Source of the DNA: Magallana gigas | Taxonomy: Eukaryota | Assembly: GCF_963853765.1 (NCBI RefSeq) | Contig: NC_088858.1 | Span: forward strand, 39,866,001-39,930,000 | Reading direction: 5' to 3' | DNA: 64,000 bases | Part shown: positions 23,535 to 35,600 of the stretch, one piece after another | How the letters are laid out: every line of letters starts with the position of its first letter | How positions within the stretch are numbered: the stretch's first letter is position 1 | Position numbers and translations under genes: made by a program | The notes under the pieces: model-generated | Told to the model about the DNA's origin: nothing | Databases searched by the model: none | The model's input: only the letters and a program-made list of their open reading frames with translations

Positions 23535-26500
23535 ATGAAAGTCTACGCAGCCTTATTAATTGTAGGTGTTTTTGGATTATTTATTTACTAGACTAAGTGC
23601 TTATTCATTTTATTTTAACGTTGGTCTTTATCGTTTATTTTTTTAACCTTGACAATCTTTAATTTTTTTAGAAATGTAATCTAACGTAATTTCATAGGTA
23701 ACCAACTTCAGGTTAAACTTATTTTTTGCTGGCAGGGTAGTTAAAAGTTAAAATATAAAATTAATACAAAATAATAAATCCACAGAAAAAAATTTACATT
23801 GATTGTTCTTTGAATTTCAGATAGCCTTTGGATCGGCCTTGACAACGTCTAGTCCCCTAAAAGGTAAGACCTGTCAGATTTATCGCTATTTGTCTAAAGG
23901 TATTAGCTTTCTAGATAACGATAATCCAAAATCATTACAAGATTGTGCTATCAGTTCAATATCCTTAAAAATCAATCGAAACAAATCGAAATAAGCCTGA
24001 CATTTTTGACTCGGAAATATTTTCATAACACCGAGATATAATACAGATTTCGTTATTCTCGATTGAAAAGAAACGCCACTGTTTCCAGTTATATCCGAGA
24101 GATTCATTAGGAAAAATATATCAAAAGAGACTAACATCAAAATGCAAGGACGAATTCATAATTAAACAAAAGCCAAAGAAAAATCCATATAAGCATGTAT
24201 TTTCGAACTGGTCATTTTGAAATCGTAGTATGGGTTAAAACGTAATTTTAAAAAAGAGAAAGAACGAAATAAGAATTCAAGTAAGCAAGCAACTTAGCGC
24301 AATTGTTCTTAAGACTTAAACTTTGATATATTATTCTATGTTATTCTAGATTTCGGTATAACAGAATGTCAAGACAGCATGGCAGATGTTGTCTTTGTCC
24401 TGGATTCCTCCGCTAGTATTTGGGAGCCTGATTTTAACAGACAGGTGGATTTTGTTAAGAACATCGTCAAGCAGTTCAAAATTGGACCAAACAACACGCA
24501 AGTAGGAATCGTAACATTTGGCCAATACAACACGCTTCGGTTTCATCTTAAGAAATACCATGACAGCGAAGAGCTACAGAGAGCTATTGGTTGGATCCGC
24601 TTCAAACCTGGTAGAACAACCAATACCGGAGGTGCTATCAAATATATGTCCAATGAAATGTTCTCAGAGAAAAATGGCGCCAGAGAAAATTTCCCTAAAG
24701 TAGCCGTTGTCATTACGGATGGAAAATCTACCGAGACGAAAAAAACCATCGAGGCCGCACGAGTTGCGCGTGAAATGGGGATTCATTTGTTTGCCATAGG
24801 TGTGGGAAAGAAATATGACAGAAATGAATTAGAAAAAATTGCCAACAAACCATCTGATGAATATGTTTTCACGGTTGACAACTACAGTGCTTTGAAAAAC
24901 ATCCTGAACGTATTTGCAGTCAAAACTTGCCAAGGTATGCTATAACCTACAGACTGTCTCCTATTTAGTCATTCTACATTAAATTTTGTGATTAATCAAT
25001 TATGTGGTTGTGAGTTTGTTCTGTAAGAATTGTTTCTTTTTCTTTCAGTGACAACAACACCGAAACCGACAACCACAACGACAATAGCCACAACAACCAC
25101 CACAGTACCTACCACTACCACCACAGAACCTACCACTACCACCACAGATCCTACCACTACCACCACAGAGCCTACAACTACCACTTTTTCTTACAGAATT
25201 GGGGAGCAGAGTGATCATCCCTTCGTTAAAGGTATGCTTCCTTAAATAGAATAGAATACTTTGCAAATGGTTTAAAGCATTTTCTCACGCTGTAAATAAT
25301 TCATATTTCTTCCTAATATTTACGTATGTGCTTTTGTTTATTTTCCAATAAAATCCTTTATTTTAGCATGCAATGGAAAACCAGCGGATGTGTACTTCGT
25401 AATGGACTCCTCAAGGAGCATCGGGTCCAGCAACTACCAGAAACAGAAGATGTTTGTCAGCAAACTCCTGAGTGCCTTTGACATTTCAAACTCCAACACT
25501 AGAATCGGGGTTGTGACGTACAGCAATGACGTCAAGGTTGACATTCCTCTTGGTTCTATCTCAACACTCCCGGAACTTCAGAAAGCTGTTAACAATCTCC
25601 CGTACCATGCAAGAGGTACCAACACGGGAGATGCCATACATTTCGTAAGAAAAGTCGGATTCGTCAAAGGCGTTGCTAGACCGGAAGTAGCCCATATAAT
25701 GATCGTTCTTACTGATGGCCTCTCGATGGATTCCGAGAAAACACGCAGAGAGTCTTCTCTGGCTCACGATGCTGGAATCTATGTGTTTGCCATTGGAATT
25801 GGCAAAGGGGTCGACACAGTAGAACTCGGTGCCATTGCCAGCAACCCGGACAAAAATTTCCTTTTCCATGTCGAGAATTTTGATGCCCTAAGTTCCATCA
25901 GAACACTGCTCGCCACAAGAACTTGTGAAGTGTTGCCAAAAGACGAAGCAGTTTCAACCAGTGGTAAGAATCTAAAAGCAAATTATATCGATGCATTTCA
26001 CTTGATAAGAATGTCCAATCCTCGTAATAGTTATTAAATCATATCAGTAGTAACTAATGATTTCTTTCTTCATTTCAGTTGTACCACTACCGAAATATGG
26101 ACTAATGGACATCGTTTTTGTTTACGATGTATTCGGAATTGGAGCCCAGAAGACTCTTATCATCAACAAATTCATCTCGTCCATCGTAAGAAGGATAACT
26201 ATTGGAATGGGAGACATCTGGGTTGGTCGTCTGATTGCGGATTGTCCGGATATGACGCAAAATGGTCTGGTTCCGGTAACATCCTGGAATGATAACTCCA
26301 AGATTACGTTCCCGGGACTAGGAAGCCTCATTGAGAAACTGGATGTCTTCTTTGACAGTAATGGCGGCCGATACAACGCGCGGCGTACAGTGGTTGTGTT
26401 TGTGGATGAGCAGGAACAGAACGTAATGGACGTGGTCTCCAAGCTCCACTCTCTCCAAAACATGAACGTCATCACCATCATCCTGGGGGAGGAGGAGAAA

Positions 26501-26614
26501 TACATCCTGGAGGAGACCAGCACCAGGAAGTATTTCTATGTTCCCAGTTACAACGAACTTCTCCAGTTCACGTTTCCGTGTTTGAAACAGCTTTGTTTCT
26601 GTGATTCCGTGTAA
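23535..26614 (+). CDS. Secreted triple von Willebrand A domain protein with Thr-rich linker (matrilin/collagen-VI-like matrix protein), 6 exons, 656 aa
   Basis: Exons 23535-23561, 23821-23863, 24350-24934, 25049-25231, 25367-25963, 26079-26614 (GT-AG, 1971 nt, in frame). Signal MKVYAALLIIAFGSA. vWA1 DVVFVLDSSAS, vWA2 DVYFVMDSSRS, vWA3 DIVFVYDVFG (degenerate). PTTTTTE repeats in exon 4. Confidence 0.93.
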
Positions 26615-27282
26615 TCCTGTGTTCATTAACTTAACACTGTAAAACTGTGATATTACATTCCGATATTTTTTTCTTTCTTTTTTGTAAATTATTACTTTAT
26701 TTTAAAAATGTCTATTGTGTTCTATGATATACAATATGTTCGTTCACTTTTTATACAGTTTACAAATGAATGTTGTTATATATACATTAATATACACTTT
26801 ATATTTATTTTTAGCTTTTTCAATAAAAAATAAGAAACAAAATATCTTTCAGTTTTCTTGTCGTTAACCCAAAATGATTTAAAATACATTTAATATCTGC
26901 AGGTACTTCGATTGTTTCTTGGCAATGGTTATCATGATCGGTATCTTCAAATTCATCTTTTTATAACTAATACGTATATATATACAGATAAAATAATTCA
27001 ATGCATGTATTGCTTTAAGTAAACTACCTGTATTTATATTATGTATTAAAATACTGGTCTTGAAAAAAAAGAGTTAAATGTTAGAAATACAGGTCTTTAT
27101 CCCTACCTCCATAACCTTGTGACACGTCGCCAAGGTCTCTATTAGTGATGCACAAACTGATTGGGATGCTTCTGACTCAATAACAGTCATTTAGCATCGG
27201 TCAAATTTCTACTATATAATATGCAACAAGATATGCAGTTTCTTTAACCGAGGTGAATTTAACAATTCTGATTGATCTAAAG

Positions 27283-28947
27283 CATTGGCGGATCCAGAGG
27301 GGGGGTTCCGGGGGTCGGAACCCCCCCTTTCTCTGGGATATATGATTTTTTTTTAAATTTGCAATGCCTATTTAAAGGTTACTTTCCCATTTATAATATA
27401 AATACTGTAATTATCTCAAAGAAATGCTTTTAAAATTGCTTATTTACATAATTTCTTACAATAAACCGTAATTTACATGTATTTCTTATATGATAAAACC
27501 CTTATGATTTTTTATCGAAAAAAGTACTCCCCTCCGGCATCCTGTGTTCACTTCCATGAGTAAACATGTGGAAAATAAATAAAAAAAGTACATAAACTTT
27601 AAGGAGAAGTATCGCTAAAAACACAGATACATAATAACATCTAGAATATGTATTTTCTGCTCTATTTCTCCAAAAAAAAATCGATTATGGTTCATACAGT
27701 TTTGAACTAACAATCCATCGAGTAAAACGACGTTCAAGTACGAGTACAAGCATTCGTTTTACTTAAAAATGCTGCTTTCAAAGGTAATGTTTAGTTAATT
27801 AACTAATAGAAAAGTTTTACTCCGTTTCATTCGAAAAATACAAAGGAAATTACATGACCCGCTTATGCGGGTTATGCTATTTTCTGGAATGCTAGCTTCC
27901 TCCATACCCACATGAAACACAAAAGAAAGCCCTTCTTTGTTTCCAAGAAAAGGAAATTATGTCACAAAAATACCGTGTAAGGGATTTAAACCATTATGAA
28001 ATGCACAACTTTTCAAAACTTTCCTGAATATGATCGCATCTATAGTTCTGTACTAGTCAGGCACGTAGCATCGTTTTGAAAGTAGGGGGGGGGGGGGGTT
28101 GGCTCATCCAAAAAATCTTGACAAAGAAAAAAATAAAATCTAAAGTGTCCCAAAATCTTCAAAATCGTAATCCGGGGAGGGGGGATGGGGGGGGGGGCTA
28201 GCGTAGTATATAACTTCAATTTCACTACTCATTTCCTTCTTTTTATATTAATTTTTTACATACTTCAAAGAAAGTGGGGGGGGGGGGGGCAACTCCAAGA
28301 TAATTCAATTTTTTATATGTAAATTTTAAAAAATTGGTTGCTGCGAGAAAAATCCCCCCCCCCCGATGCTACGTGCCTGCTAGTAACGGATGATGTGGTG
28401 CACCTTTTATGGGGGCAGACTGGGACTACTAAATGCTATTGCTTGTACAATTGCATTACACATATCCCATCTATTCAGCAGATAAACTATCCCCATTTTT
28501 TGTCATATCCTATCATTTAAACCTTTATTTAAGAAAGCAATCGATAGAAATCCAAATCGATAGATAATTCAGAATTTAAACATCAAAGACATTAAAAATT
28601 ACCAAAAAATTCATAATAGCTTGTCGTAATTAGTCTGAATTATATTTTTGTTTCTTAGTGTTTCTTTCTCTTAAGCATAGACGCACGTTCTCATTGCTGG
28701 AGACTTGGGGTTTTTTTAAGGCCAGAAATTATGCAAGTGTTCCTTACCTAATCCAAAACGCTCAATAATGCAGTGCACTCTGATATAAAAAAAGATATGA
28801 AAAAGACATTGACGAGATAAATGTATATTAAATTTACGCACGGAAAACGTTCAAAATGCCTTGTTTATTGACAAATAATGGATTTTGCACCTATTGATTT
28901 TCATCAATTGGAACCCCCCCTTTTCCAAATTGCTGGATCCGCCTCTG
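27283..28947. mobile_element. Non-autonomous TIR element with CA..TG ends and 5-bp TSD
   Basis: CATTGGCGGATCCAGAGGGGGG ... CCCCCCTTTTCCAAATTGCTGGATCCGCCTCTG, with TAAAG directly repeated at 27278-27282 and 28948-28952. Confidence 0.8.
28058..28379. mobile_element. MITE nested in the 27283-28947 element, 5-bp TSD
   Basis: TIR CAGGCACGTAGCATCG ... CGATGCTACGTGCCTG, with CTAGT at 28053-28057 and 28380-28384. Related fragment at ~34633-34820. Confidence 0.85.
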
Positions 28948-28974
28948 TAAAGTACATTGAATTTATACGTCTTT

Positions 28975-29690
28975 TAAAGAAAATGGGTGGATAAGGCGTG
29001 TAAAGTACCTATGTAAGGACGGATAACATACGAAAATTTAAAATATCAGCAAAATTTATTATTTTCAAAAACATCATTCAAAGCAATGTATATTTAATGT
29101 AACATCGGTTTGTAATACTTAAGAATGTTCAATATTTGCAGTGTGTTGATTTAAACTGGCGTATGCGTATCAAAACCTCCAAATAGTGTCCTTTTTTAGA
29201 ACGTCAATGCCTTTTCTTATAGAGTGGGTCTGTACTCCATATTTTTGTCATAGTCTAAATAAGGTCTAATGGAAAAAAAACCCGATTTCAATTAACAAAA
29301 ACGTAGAGATATGATCCACTCTACATTAGAAATACTATTTCGTATTTCAGCAATTGAACGTTGTTAGAAAAATAATACTAAGTCCGTTAATTCGAGGCCA
29401 AAGTCATACATAGCATTTTAACAACACCTTCTGTTGTGACTGAATTGGCTCAGTGGTTAGAGCCCCAGACATTAGGTCACCTTAGATGACTAGGATTTAA
29501 GGTTAGTGGGTTCTATATCACCAAAACTTGAGGCAAAAAATTTTTCTAATACGATTCTTACAACATTCAAAACTGAATATAATCAGAAATTGCGCTTTTG
29601 CAAACTTGTGTAATAACATTATTAAATAGAAATAGATTTGGAAAAATGAAATTTGAAATAGCATTTTACGACTAAACCAAATCTTAATTA
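28975..29690. repeat. Dispersed repeat (copy 1) containing a tRNA/SINE-like A/B-box segment
   Basis: Colinear with 51725-51780 plus 52985-53600 (shared GATTTAAACTGGCGTATGCGT, CAATTGAACGT, TTTTACGACTAAACCAAAT). A-box-like TGGCTCAGTGGTTAGAGC at ~29446. Confidence 0.75.
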
Positions 29691-30129
29691 TTATGAGCCC
29701 GACATAAACCAAAGTCGGGAGTAATTATCTAGTCGATCAGATGAACTTTGAAATCTGCACTTGAAACTTTTTTTTTAAGGAAAAAATCATTTTCTCTAAG
29801 TATACACGTACGGTAAGCTAGAATTTTTATGGCATATTCAAAATACGGGAAATCCGGTTTTTTATCAAGGGATTTGTGAGAAAATAACTTGCATCAAAAT
29901 GATCTATTTAAAAAATGTACTTTTCTAATAGCTTTCAATAATTTTTATCATTCAAATTATTTTTTAAATTCCAAAGGTTATACAATGTAATCTTTGTTTT
30001 TTGATAAACCCTTTAACATGTTTAAAACCACACTAAAATTTTAGTGATCAAACTTACGATCTACTGATTAGATTTGAAACATGATAGTAATGAATGAAAT
30101 ATTAGTACCTTAAAGAAAAATTCGAATCT

Positions 30130-30160
<31 letters not shown>

Positions 30161-30195
30161 CTTAAACTTGATACAATCCTCACTAACCCTCCCCC

Positions 30196-30277
30196 TATTC
30201 TCTTTTGAGAAGTGGACAGGCATAGCCTACATCCACATGGATGTAGGCTATGCCTGTCCACTTCTCAAAAGAGAATA
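30196..30277. repeat. Perfect 82-bp palindrome (40-bp arms, 2-nt spacer)
   Basis: TATTCTCTTTTGAGAAGTGGACAGGCATAGCCTACATCCA-CA-TGGATGTAGGCTATGCCTGTCCACTTCTCAAAAGAGAATA. Confidence 0.95.
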
Positions 30278-30558
30278 ACCCTCTCCCCCCCCCCCCCCCT
30301 CCGGAAAAAAATTTTGGATTCATAAATGGTGTTCGATTATGTCCGAAATGAATTTTATTTCATAAATAGCATTCAGTGTCTCTTATAAATAGTTGTAGTG
30401 GTTGATCAAAAAGTTTCGCCTTTTTCAATCGTTAATCCGGAATTTTCACGTCTTGTCTCTTTTATTAGATCATTACCATAAGATCCTGTGTTGATTTTCT
30501 AGAGAATCTAGGTATCTTTTTTGTTGTTGAAATTTTAGATGACATTCATGCATAAGTT

Positions 30559-31936
30559 ATGGAATCAAAAGTTCAGCAACGTTCAAAGGAATGGTTTCAA
30601 ATTCGTAAATCTGTGTTCCTAACATCATCAAAGTTTGGAGATGCTCTTGGTGTTGGGATGGGAAAGCCGTATGATTTCTTTCTCTCTCTAATTTCTGAAG
30701 ATACTGACGAAGAGGAGGAGGAAGAGGAAGAAGTAGAGTCCTCCAATACAAAGCATGGACTTACTATGGAGGAGATCATCCTGGAATGCTATCAATTGCT
30801 GACAGGACACAAAACCCGCGATTCTGGGTTTTGGATGTCTAAAGACAGGATTCTTCAAGATTTGATTGGAACTTCTCCCGATGCCGTTGTTGTTGATGAC
30901 GAAAATAAAGACATTGGACTTTGTGAATTCAAGGCGCCCATTTTTAGAATGTACAAGAAAGAAAATTCAGTACATGGTAATATTTTAAATGTATTAGTGA
31001 AATCTTCTTGTTATAGTGTAGTATTACTTGAGATTCATTTTGCATTATTTTATTTATAAAGGTATTCCAAGACACTACATGGCCCAAATTCAAGGACAGC
31101 TTGCCATAACTGGATTACCGTGGTGCAATTTTTTAGCTGTGTGTAAAAATACTAAAGAAATAATGCTTAAGAAAGTGTATTTTCATTCAGAGTACTGGGA
31201 CAATGTAGTGAAAATTCTCAAGCAGTTTTGTTATGCTCTTCAGGTAAGTAGCCGGATTCCCTGGCACCAGCATTCTTCAGGTCAATATTCAGTCTCAAGT
31301 CTGCGATTAGCACATGTATTTCTATTTCGGTTTTGAGTTGAGATGAACTGAGGGATTTGAATGTGTTGGTGACAGTGGAACCTGTCATGATATTGTAAAT
31401 TCAAAAACATAGATCCAATTCCTCATCACAATGCAACACAAAGAGAGAAATAATATGTAAACTTGGTAATTTGAATCTAGGTATCACTATAGTATTAGCT
31501 CAGCAACATAACGTGAACCTTTGTTTTACTGCAGTGTTTTACTGTTAATAATTACAAATGTACATATACTGGGAGTAATCCTTTTTTGTAGGATGCAAAA
31601 TTAAGAAAAGAATTGGGATATGACCCGTTGGATTTTGAAGGAGCAAGAAAACTACAAACTTGGCCGGTACAGATTGATTACCTGCCAGGCGAGCTGTCAA
31701 TTCAAGTTGAAGATATTCTCCAAATAGATAAACGTGGCCGATTTAGTGGACCATCCAGAGTTTGGTTGTCGTTTGACTTCCTTGTTGGACAGTCATATTC
31801 TTTACCCCAAAGGTTAAAAGGATATGCAGACAAGATGATTCTGGATGTGGATGAACAAATTAGTTGTAAAAAAAGGAAGACTGAAGAAGGAGAAGGAAAC
31901 AGTCAAAAGACATTTACATCCAATGGACATTCATGA
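30559..31936 (+). CDS. YqaJ-like viral recombinase / lambda-exonuclease family (PD-(D/E)xK) protein, 3 exons, 314 aa
   Basis: Exons 30559-30976, 31062-31243, 31592-31936 (GT-AG, 945 nt). Motifs QRSKEWFQIR..LTSSKFG, HG..mE, GTSPDAVV, LCEFKAP, HYMAQIQGQLAITG..WCNF. AATAAA at ~32083. Confidence 0.92.
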
Positions 31937-32647
31937 GAGTTCTTCTTCAAAATAATTTTTGATAGAAAATGCGACAAATTTTCATTTTACTCAACTACTT
32001 GCTTAGGATTCATACGTTATTGTATTACTTTCACATTGTGTATTGATGTTCAAGCATCTTTAAAAACTGTTATATTTAATTAATAAATAAAGTGCTTTAA
32101 TTATTTGAAGAAGACTTTGTCATTCTGCATTTACTTAAGCATGTACAACTAGACATCAATCTAACAGTTTATATTATAATATAACACGTAACAGTAATCC
32201 ATGATAAGCTATACGATATGTTTACAGAATAGCTTATTGCAAAGAAGATTTACAAGTTTTATAATTTTATTCAAATTGGCATGTACATGTACTTGTTATA
32301 CATACATTGTTTAATTGTACATGTATGTATTACAAATACATAATATCAATGTACATTGTACATTATTATCTTGCATACCATTAACATGATTGAAGTCTGT
32401 TTCTTAATGACAACCGTTCTTGTAAACATGTTCCTTGTGTAAAAATTATGGCTTTTTTGTTTCTTATATTTCTGATAAACAGATACATGAATTTGGATGA
32501 TCACCTCAACAATGATCAATATACAGAAAAGAAACGTAAACAACCCTTTCAAAATGACTTGATGATTTTATTTTGTGATCTTTAATTTACATACAATATA
32601 GAGACAAACATTTCATCACACAGTGATTAAAGTGACAAATTTGGAAT

Positions 32648-35600
32648 TTATCGCCTGTAACGATAACGCTTGAAATGAAACCAGAGCTGGAAAATGTTAT
32701 TCTGAAACTGACACCGAAATCCATGTTTATAAGAGTACTCCCATTCCCTGTGGACAATCTTGAATGCAATGTCCTGAAAAGTTAAAGTTTATGAAAATAA
32801 TGACATACTTTATATACTACATGTACACATGTATGTGTACATGTACCTCATCTAATCTTACACAAGAATGTCCTGATTAAAATTTTGATTGCTTTATGAA
32901 AATATAAACAATATTTCAATTATACTTTGTATGTTTTGGATAAATTAAAAAAAATATTGTGTCATTTATTTGTCAAATTTGTATAGGAGAACCAGTTAAA
33001 AATCAAAATGAAGAAATAGACCATACATTAATATTTTATTGACATGTCCTCTGTTTTGACACAGTCATGTTAGCATATGATAATAGAATCTAGGTAGTAA
33101 TGTTGTTTTAAGAAAGTATATAGAGTATTTACTAAATATTCCAAATTTTCATATTCTTAAAAAAAAATCTATTTTTATATAAATCAAAACCAATTTAAGA
33201 TTTGATAATAAATCTTACTTCATAAGGTGGTCCGGCATGGAATTTTAGGATAGCAAAATCTTTGTTGCCTTCAATTGGAGTCTACAGATAAAGGTTATTT
33301 TTTTTAAATAATTTAATTTACATTTTAAAGATTGAACATTAATTAACTTTCCCAGTAAATAATTCTTTTTCATTTTATCAAGAATTTTTTAATAACCTAC
33401 ATGTACATTGGTATCCAAGATAAGAAATAATCTTTTTTCACAATAATTATAAGTTCTGAGAAAAGAAAGATGACTCACTAAAGTGTATTCTGGGGTATCT
33501 GTCTTGTCAATCAAATCAGGATAAAAAATCTGGAAAGGGACAAAAGAATGCATTAGTATCACTGAGATGATCAGATGCAGTGGTCTAAAGTAATATACAG
33601 TCTCAACACACTTTGGTCTGATTTATAACGTGATTCAGCTTTTTAATTTGAGTATATACACAGCTCTCTTTCTTAGGAAGCTCATCATCTTGAAGATAGT
33701 CTCAAGCAAGTTGCTGGAAGATGCTACATGTACCTGAATATGTGTGCATACTTTTATAAATCCAAGGTACACCTTTTAGAACAAACATACGACTTACATT
33801 GAATTTGTATCCCTGCACAATTTTGGGTGGTGGATTATCGATGTCGTAATGGGTCTGGTTGTACTTGTTCCACTCGAACCCAGTGTGTACTCGATTGAAG
33901 AATCGTGGTTTGCGGGGTCGGTACTTGTCTGACCACAGAAACTTCTGGTGTTCAGTCGGAACCTCCACGCTAAACGTCGCCTCATCATCATTCATTCCCT
34001 CCCTGGCCTTCTTTTCAAACTCTGTTTCTCCATCCAGCTGGAAAACACAATACCATAAAATTTTATTTTACCAATACAGTACAACTCGGTTATAGCGAAG
34101 TCCTAGGGACCAATGGAATTACTTCGCTATATCCGTAGTTTGTTTTATCCGTATAACGAATTCGTAATAATATCTGTAGCGAACTCACTATATACGTTTT
34201 CTTTCACCAGACTATAATTTTTGCAAATTGAGGCTTAAGACATTACTTTGATACCTTTTTTTAATTGGATTGTGAATTGAAAAAATTATATGAAAATAAA
34301 TTCATTCAAACTATTTTGTTAAATGGTAGTGCACACTTTTTCAAACTGTAAAGAAATTCGCTATAAAAGTGTCAAATTTTGTTATTATTCACCGCTACGT
34401 TCGCTATATCTGTAAATTCATTATATCCTTATTCATTATGACCATAAAATTTTTCAAAGATTTGTTAAGAATTTTACCAGGAACTCAAAGAAACTTCACT
34501 CTATCCGAGAATTCGCTATATTCGTGTTCGTACTAAACGAGTTTTACTGTAATTACATACATGTAGTTTTAAGAATAAGTTACACGTTTCACTACTATGT
34601 ATAATTATCTGCAGATAAAATGACTCCTTTATCAGGCATGTAGCATCGTTCCTCAAAATGGAGGGGTCAGACAAAATGCAGTGGGTCAAATATGGCTTGT
34701 TAAGTATTTTTCTGTAGTAAATATAAGAAAAAAGTTGCATTTTTATTAAAAAGTGGAGGGGCCATCCCCCCCCCCCCCACCTTGCCCTGTGTCCTTTCCC
34801 CTCCCCATCCCACTTCATCATCACTATGGGCTGTTTATACATGCACTAAAGATATTTATATTTTCTTGTTTGTGTTAATAATCAATCGTAGAATGCAAAA
34901 TCCTAGGAGGTGAGTCCTTACCCTGACTCGTCCTGTGGACAACACTTGCTGCCGGGCCAGCTCCAGTTTCCTCATGTCATCCGTGGGGTCATACACGACA
35001 GAATCAATCTCCAGATCAGCCTGCCTCAGGAGTTTGGGGGAATACCCCCCAGTGTCATAGTCCACATAGGCCTGGTCCTCCAAGTCTTCCTCAGTAATCA
35101 AGGCTTCATCACTGAAACATAAAACATACTGCTAATAACATTTTGTCTGCAAATAGAGTCATATTCCTGATACTTCATGAGTATAAAAAAATGAATATGA
35201 ATTAATCTGTACTTTTCAGGTACCAGGTATACAAAACTGTCTGAAGATTTAGTGTTCAGTTTGCTTACCAAAAATTACAGATTGGGTTACAATTGCATTT
35301 TGAAAGCAAAAGTCTTTGTTAAGAGCAAACTACCTGTTGAGTAATATGTGTGTCTATATGCAAAAACAATATGTATTTACACTGTATATTTAAACATATG
35401 TAGGTTTTTAATGTTTTAAAGGTACAAAAGAATTACTCTTCGTCTTCTTCTGCTTCAACACTAGGCCCCGCCTGATCTCCATCTTCCTCTGCTTCTACAT
35501 TTATTGCACTGGTGGATGGCCCGGGGGAAGGCTGCTTCTCTCTGCTATCAGCAGGTGCTGGTGACTGGTTCTTGCTCCTAGGGGGTGCTGGAGACAGTCT

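Noticed and set aside
29435-29525. tRNA-like A/B-box sequence
   Set aside because: No cloverleaf could be folded; it is part of a dispersed repeat and degenerate in copy 2, so it is a SINE-like relic rather than a tRNA gene.
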